Below, in pieces: positions 25,470 to 30,000 of a DNA stretch of 30,000 nucleotides. The translations under genes were made by a program, and so were the position numbers. Source of the stretch: Sutterella faecalis (GTDB lineage: Bacteria > Pseudomonadota > Gammaproteobacteria > Burkholderiales > Burkholderiaceae_F). The DNA is taken from the NCBI RefSeq assembly GCF_006337085.1, contig NZ_CP040882.1, positions 18,654-48,653 on the forward strand, given 5' to 3'. How positions within the stretch are numbered: the stretch's first letter is position 1; each line of letters starts with the position of its first letter. The notes beneath the pieces were generated by a model. That model was not told where the DNA came from and made no database searches. It saw nothing but the letters and a program-made list of their open reading frames with translations.

Positions 25470-26234
25470 ATGCATATCGTTACTTGCTTCAAGGTTGTGC
25501 CGGAAGAGCAAGACATCGTCGTGACGCCCGACAGCAAGCTGAATTTTGATCGCGCCGAAGCGAAGATCAGCCAGTTTGACCTGAACGGCATCGAAGCCGG
25601 CGTTGTTCTGGCCGCCGACGGCGACACGGTCACCGCGCTTTCCGTGGGCGGAAAGTATCTTGAGAATACGAAGCTGAGAAAGGACGTTCTTTCCCGCGGT
25701 CCCTCTGAACTCGTTCTCGTGAAGGACGCTGCCTTCGAAGGTGCGCTTCCCGACGTGACGGCCTCCGCGATTGCCGCAGCCGTGAAGACGACGGGCTTTG
25801 ACCTCCTCGTCTTCGGCGAAGGCTCGGGCGACCTTTACGCCCAGCAGGTGGGTCTCCTCACCGCCGGTCTCCTCGGCATTCCCTGCGTCAATGCGGTGAG
25901 CAAGGTTGAAAAGGCGGGCGACAAGGTTCTCGTTGAACGTTCGCTTGAAAACGAAGTCGAAGTGATCGAGCTTCCGCTCCCGGCGGCCGTCTGCGTGACG
26001 AGCGACATCAATACGCCGCGCATCCCGACCATGAAGGCCATTCTCGGCGCGGGCAGAAAGCCCACGAAGGCGCTCGGCGCTGCCGACATCTCCTGGAGCG
26101 CTCCGGCTCAGGTCGCCGAACTCGAATCCGTCGTCGTTCCGCCGACGAAGCAGCGCGCGCACGACGTCGTCGAAGGCGATTCGCCTGAAGTCGTCGCTGA
26201 GTTTGCTCAGAAGATCAAGGGCCTTTTCAACTAA
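25470..26234 (+). CDS. ydiQ: Electron-transfer flavoprotein beta-type subunit (FixA-like)
   Basis: The ATG at 25470 is preceded by AAGGAG at 25459-25464. The sequence runs MHIVTCFKVVPEEQDIVV...ISQFDLN...GEGSGDLYAQQVG. Confidence 0.9.
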   Translation: MHIVTCFKVVPEEQDIVVTPDSKLNFDRAEAKISQFDLNGIEAGVVLAADGDTVTALSVGGKYLENTKLRKDVLSRGPSELVLVKDAAFEGALPDVTASAIAAAVKTTGFDLLVFGEGSGDLYAQQVGLLTAGLLGIPCVNAVSKVEKAGDKVLVERSLENEVEVIELPLPAAVCVTSDINTPRIPTMKAILGAGRKPTKALGAADISWSAPAQVAELESVVVPPTKQRAHDVVEGDSPEVVAEFAQKIKGLFN

Positions 26235-26261
26235 TCCAGCGCATCGCAGGAGAAATTCATC

Positions 26262-27191
26262 ATGAAGCAGATCAATACTGTTTGGGTCTTCGCTGATGCG
26301 GCTGACCGTTATGCCGACCTTATTTCCGGCGCGAAGAAGACGGGCGCGAAGGTGAACGCCGTCGTCGTCTCCGAAGCGGGCGTTCAGGCGCTGCGCGCTT
26401 CCGGCCCGGATGCGGTCTACGACCTCGCCGTCGCTGCGGACGGCTGCGTTGAAAACTACGCCGCGAGCCTCGCCGCCGTCATCACGGGCGAAGGGAACCT
26501 TGTTCTTCTCGACGTGACGAAGCGCTCCAAGGCCTTTGCGGCTGCGCTCTCGCAGAAGCTCGGCGCCGCGCTCGTCAACGACGCGCTGTCGCTCAATCCT
26601 GCCGCCGACGGCCTGCGCGTCTCGTTCCGCACCTACGGCGGTCTTGCGGTCGGAACCGAAAAGGTTCTTTCCGCCAATGCGGTGGTGACGGTTTCGGGCG
26701 GCGTCTTTGCGCCGGAAGCTGCCGAATCCTCGGCTGACCTCGCCGTCACGAAGGTTGCGTACGTTGCGCCCGCCAATGCGCTCGTCGTCAAGGAACGCCG
26801 CGCGAAGGCCCAGAGCGCCGTCGATCTCACGAAGGCGAAGCGCGTGGTCGGCGTCGGCCGCGGCATCGCCAAGGAAGCGGATCTTGCGCTTGCCGACGCG
26901 CTCGCGAAGGCGATCGGCGCCGAAGTCGGGTGCTCGCGTCCGATCGCCGAAGGCGAACACTGGATGGAGCGCGAGCGCTACATCGGCGTTTCGGGCGTTC
27001 TCCTGAAGGGCGACGTCTACGTTGCGCTCGGCATCTCCGGCCAGATTCAGCACATGGTCGGCGTCAACGACTGCGGCACGATCATCGCGGTCAACAAGGA
27101 CAAGAACGCGCCGATCTTCAACTACTGCGACTACGGCATCGTGGGCGACATCTACAAGGTTCTCCCCGAACTCACCAAGGCGCTCTCCTGA
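26262..27191 (+). CDS. ydiR: Electron-transfer flavoprotein alpha-type subunit (FixB-like)
   Basis: 309 aa with RBS AGGAGA at 26248-26253. It carries the FAD-binding tail VGCSRPIAEGEHWMERERYIGVSG...GISGQIQHMVG...INKDKNAPIF. Confidence 0.9.
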   Translation: MKQINTVWVFADAADRYADLISGAKKTGAKVNAVVVSEAGVQALRASGPDAVYDLAVAADGCVENYAASLAAVITGEGNLVLLDVTKRSKAFAAALSQKLGAALVNDALSLNPAADGLRVSFRTYGGLAVGTEKVLSANAVVTVSGGVFAPEAAESSADLAVTKVAYVAPANALVVKERRAKAQSAVDLTKAKRVVGVGRGIAKEADLALADALAKAIGAEVGCSRPIAEGEHWMERERYIGVSGVLLKGDVYVALGISGQIQHMVGVNDCGTIIAVNKDKNAPIFNYCDYGIVGDIYKVLPELTKALS

Positions 27192-27212
27192 CAGCGCTTG
27201 AACTGAAGCAAT

Positions 27213-27262
27213 GCGTCCGGCCGGAGCTTTCTCCTCGGATCCGGCCGGACGCTGCGGCTTTT
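27213..27262 (+). terminator. Terminator-like or attenuator hairpin inside the ydiQRST unit, between ydiR and ydiS
   Basis: The 12-bp perfect stem gcgtccggccgg/ccggccggacgc (27213-27224 and 27241-27252) is followed 5 nt later by ttttt. It lies within an unusually long 183-bp intercistronic spacer. Confidence 0.5.
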
Positions 27263-27374
27263 TCCCCTTTCCCTCCATTCCCTCCAGAAGGATCCTTGCG
27301 CGCGGAAGGCTGAGCTTATTGCTCCTTTTGGGCTCAGCCGGCCGCTTTCCCCCAGGGTCCTCTCCAGAAGAACC

Positions 27375-28670
27375 ATGTCCGAAGAAAAATTTGACGCCAT
27401 CGTGGTCGGCGCCGGCATCGCCGGCTCCACCGCCGCCTACGTCATGGCCAAAGCCGGGCTCGATGTTCTCGTCATTGAGCGCGGCAACTATCCCGGCAGC
27501 AAGAACATGACGGGCGGGCGCCTCTATGCGCACAGCCTCGAGCGCGTCATCCCGGGCTTTGCCAAGGAAGCCCCGGTCGAACGCCGCGTGACCCGCGAGA
27601 AGATCTCCTTCATGACGGAGGAAGATACGGTTACGCTCGACTACCACTCTGCTGCACCCAAAACTCCTGAAGCCGAGTCCTACACAGTGCTTCGCGGCAA
27701 GTTCGATCAGTGGCTTGCATCGAAGGCGGAAGAGGCCGGTGCTCAGTTCATTCCCGGCATCCGCGTCGACCGCCTGCTTCAGGATGAAGCGGGCCGCATC
27801 ACGGGCGTTCAGGCGGGCGAGGATGAGCTCGAAGCCAACGTCGTGATTCTCGCCGACGGCGTCAATTCGCTTCTCGCGAAGTCGATCGGCATGCTCCCCG
27901 AATACACGCCGCATCAGTACGCGGTGAGCGCGAAGGAAGTGATTGAGCTCCCGAAGAAGGTGATTGAGGACCGCTTCGGACTCTCGGGCGACGAAGGCGT
28001 CGCCTGGCTCTTCGCGGGCTCCTGCTCCGACGGATTGATGGGCGGCGGCATCATCTACACGAACGAAGACACGGTGTCCCTCGGCATCGTCTGCGGCCTT
28101 GGCGAAATCGAAAAGGCCGGGAAGACGGTACCGCAGATGCTCGAGGACCTGAAGAACCATCCTTCCGTGAAGCCTCTGATTGAGGGCGGAAAGATCGTCG
28201 AATATTCCGGCCACATGGTGCCCGAGGGCGGCTACGCGATGGTTCCGAAGAAGCTCGCCGGAGACGGCGTGATGATCACGGGCGACGCTGCGGGCCTCTG
28301 CATCAATCTCGGCTTCATCGTGCGCGGCATGGACCTTGCCGTGACGTCCGGCGAACTCGCGGGCCGCGCGGTCATCGCCGCCAAGGAGAAGGGCGACTTC
28401 TCCGCCGCTGGGCTGGCTTCCTACCAGACGGAACTCGAAAAGAGCTTCGTCATCCGCGACATGAAGCAGTACCAGGATGTGCCGCATCTCATTGAAAATC
28501 CGCGGCTCTTTACGGTTTACCCGGAACTCGTCGCCGGCATCATGCGCGACCTCTTCCGCATCGACGGGAGCCCCGTGCCGCCCGTGCGCTCCATGCTCTG
28601 GAAGCACGTCAAGCAGGCGGGCGCCTGGAATCTCATTAAGGACGGCTACGGCTGGGGGAAAGCGCTATGA
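27375..28670 (+). CDS. ydiS: FAD-dependent ETF-quinone-type oxidoreductase (FixC-like)
   Basis: 431 aa. The sequence runs MSEEKFDAIVVGAGIAGSTAAYVMAKAGLDVLVIERG...NMTGGRLY...GDAAG. Confidence 0.9.
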   Translation: MSEEKFDAIVVGAGIAGSTAAYVMAKAGLDVLVIERGNYPGSKNMTGGRLYAHSLERVIPGFAKEAPVERRVTREKISFMTEEDTVTLDYHSAAPKTPEAESYTVLRGKFDQWLASKAEEAGAQFIPGIRVDRLLQDEAGRITGVQAGEDELEANVVILADGVNSLLAKSIGMLPEYTPHQYAVSAKEVIELPKKVIEDRFGLSGDEGVAWLFAGSCSDGLMGGGIIYTNEDTVSLGIVCGLGEIEKAGKTVPQMLEDLKNHPSVKPLIEGGKIVEYSGHMVPEGGYAMVPKKLAGDGVMITGDAAGLCINLGFIVRGMDLAVTSGELAGRAVIAAKEKGDFSAAGLASYQTELEKSFVIRDMKQYQDVPHLIENPRLFTVYPELVAGIMRDLFRIDGSPVPPVRSMLWKHVKQAGAWNLIKDGYGWGKAL

Positions 28671-28978
28671 CGCAAGAGAAAGAAACGGCTCCGGTCAATG
28701 TCGACGCGAAGCTCTCCACGGACAAGTTCTTCGTCGATGAAGGCAACGCGCACATTGTGTTGAAGGAAATCGTCACCGAAGAGGATCGGCGCGAATTCAG
28801 AAAGCTCGTCAAGGCCTGCCCGGCCAACCTCTACAAGGAGGATGCCGAGGGGAACCTGCAGTTCGACTGCGCGGGCTGTCTCGAATGCGGCACCTGCCGA
28901 GTTCTCTGCGGCAGCACCATTCTGAAGAAATGGGAATTCCCGCAGGGCACCTTCGGGGTTGAGTTCCGCTTCGGCTGA
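28667..28978 (+). CDS. ydiT: Ferredoxin-like protein (FixX-like)
   Basis: 103 aa. The start overlaps the ydiS stop by 4 nt (ATGA). It has the Cys motif CPANLY...FDCAGCLECGTCRVLC. Confidence 0.88.
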   Translation: MTQEKETAPVNVDAKLSTDKFFVDEGNAHIVLKEIVTEEDRREFRKLVKACPANLYKEDAEGNLQFDCAGCLECGTCRVLCGSTILKKWEFPQGTFGVEFRFG

Positions 28979-29015
28979 TGCCGGAAGCGACGGCGACGCA
29001 TTCCCTGCTCTGATC

Positions 29016-29083
29016 GAGGAGAGACAGTCCCTCGAAAGTCCTGCTCCCGGCAGCACTTTTCGAGGCAGTCTCTCCTCTTTTTT
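29016..29083 (+). terminator. Long-stem intrinsic terminator after ydiT
   Basis: The arms gaggagagac...cctcgaaagt pair with acttttcgagg...gtctctcctc and are followed by tttttt at 29078-29083. Confidence 0.7.
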
Positions 29084-29138
29084 CCCCACCCGACATTCCA
29101 TTCACAACCCTCAAACGCATCAAGAAGAGAGTCCGGTC

Positions 29139-30000
29139 ATGCATGCTCAGTATCAGATCAGCCCGGAAAGACGCGAGCTTTACCGCAAGGAAGGATTCTG
29201 GGGCGACGCTTCGCTCGCCGACTGGTGGCGTCACGCGGTCCTCGCCTGTCCCGACCGACGCGCGGTCCGGGACAACCACGGCGCTGCATATACCTATCGA
29301 GAACTCGACGACCGGGCGTCGCGCCTTGCCGCCTGGCTCCGGAAGAAGGACATCGGCAGGGGCGACGGCGTCGCGATTGATCTTCCCGGCTGGTGCGAAT
29401 TCACGGCAGCCTACATCGCCTGCCTGAAGCTCGGCGCCGTGACGGTGCCGATTCTTCCCTCGTGGCGCGAGGCGGAGCTCTCCTGGGCGCTCGAAAAATG
29501 CGAAATCCGCGCGGTCTTCACGCCTACTGCCTTTAAGAAGGTGAAGCCCGTCGAAATGATGGCGCGCCTCTCGAAGACGCTGCCGCAGCTCGCGGCCGTG
29601 GTTGCGGTCGACAAGCTCGAAGGCCTTCCCGAGGGGTTCGAGCGCGACGAAAAGGTTGCCGTCCTCTCGGAAATCATTCAAAAGAGCGAACCGCTTGACG
29701 AGGAAGCAAAGACTTCGGGCGACGATCTCGCCGCCGTGCTCTTTACGTCCGGAACTGAAGGCTTGCCGAAGGGCGTCATGCTCACCCATAACAACATTCT
29801 CGCGAGCGAGCGCGCTTATGCGGCAAGGCTCGGGCTTTCCTGGCTCGACAGCTTCCTCATGCCCGCGCCTCTGGGACACGCCACGGGGTTCCTGCACGGC
29901 GTGACGCTGCCCTTCATTCTCGGCGGCGAATCCGTGCTTCTCGACATCTTCAAGGCGGATCAATGCCTTGATCTGATTGAAAGCGAGCGCATTACGTGCG
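29139..30000 (+). CDS. fadK: Short-chain acyl-CoA synthetase (AMP-forming), 5' part; continues beyond the window
   Basis: The ORF is open to the window edge and so is absent from the ORF track. My own translation from ATG 29139 gives MHAQYQISPERRELYRKEGFWGDASLADWW..., later FTSGTEGLPKGVMLTHNNILASERAY (the AMP-binding motif) and PAPLGHATGFLHG. This matches E. coli FadK/YdiD as recalled. Confidence 0.85.
   Translation, partial: MHAQYQISPERRELYRKEGFWGDASLADWWRHAVLACPDRRAVRDNHGAAYTYRELDDRASRLAAWLRKKDIGRGDGVAIDLPGWCEFTAAYIACLKLGAVTVPILPSWREAELSWALEKCEIRAVFTPTAFKKVKPVEMMARLSKTLPQLAAVVAVDKLEGLPEGFERDEKVAVLSEIIQKSEPLDEEAKTSGDDLAAVLFTSGTEGLPKGVMLTHNNILASERAYAARLGLSWLDSFLMPAPLGHATGFLHGVTLPFILGGESVLLDIFKADQCLDLIESERITC

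Noticed and set aside
25449-28607. 1052-aa ORF on the - strand spanning ydiQ, ydiR and ydiS
   Set aside because: It is antisense to three genes that have strong, collinear family matches. Its translation is R/G/A/D/H-rich low-complexity sequence typical of the open antisense frame of GC-rich coding DNA, and it has no recognisable motifs.
1-30000. Scan for CRISPR arrays, rRNA, tRNA and intact insertion sequences
   Set aside because: I saw no regularly spaced direct repeats, no rRNA-like conserved blocks, no cloverleaf-capable tRNA candidates and no intact transposase with flanking inverted repeats. A by-eye scan can miss tRNAs and small RNAs.

Overview
GC-rich Gram-negative (proteobacterial) chromosome segment. 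All calls come from reading the ORF translations and DNA by eye; no searches were run. Four blocks are visible. (1) 1-10971 is a respiratory-type reductase neighbourhood. It holds three paralogous exported flavoprotein reductases of the fumarate-reductase/flavocytochrome-c flavoprotein family: two with Tat signals, and one Sec-exported with an N-terminal FMN_bind domain in a UrdA-like architecture. Alongside them are a type I 3-dehydroquinate dehydratase paralogue with an export signal, an orphan 516-aa protein, and a Cache-type sensor kinase with an OmpR-type regulator. (2) About 11000-15100 is a more A/T-rich accessory islet with a decayed ISL3 transposase remnant, a class II Fic protein and an AlbA_2/Schlafen-like putative ATPase-regulator. 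(3) 15114-17521 encodes a secreted C69 dipeptidase and a DoxX membrane protein. (4) 17779-30000 holds recognisable counterparts of the E. coli ydi locus (ydiN-ydiB-aroD-ydiF-ydiO and ydiQRST-fadK). Here they form two divergent units separated by a 1.49-kb stretch with no credible gene, and no ydiP-like regulator is present. No rRNA, tRNA or CRISPR array was recognised. The most interesting hypothesis is a periplasmic dehydroquinate/dehydroshikimate-linked flavin-reductase module at 24-4459, which coexists with the cytoplasmic quinate/shikimate (ydiB-aroD) and acyl-CoA/ETF genes. The many long antisense ORFs in the track are GC-driven artefacts. Arrays of exported flavin reductases are reminiscent of gut Sutterellaceae, but that taxonomic guess is low-confidence inference.
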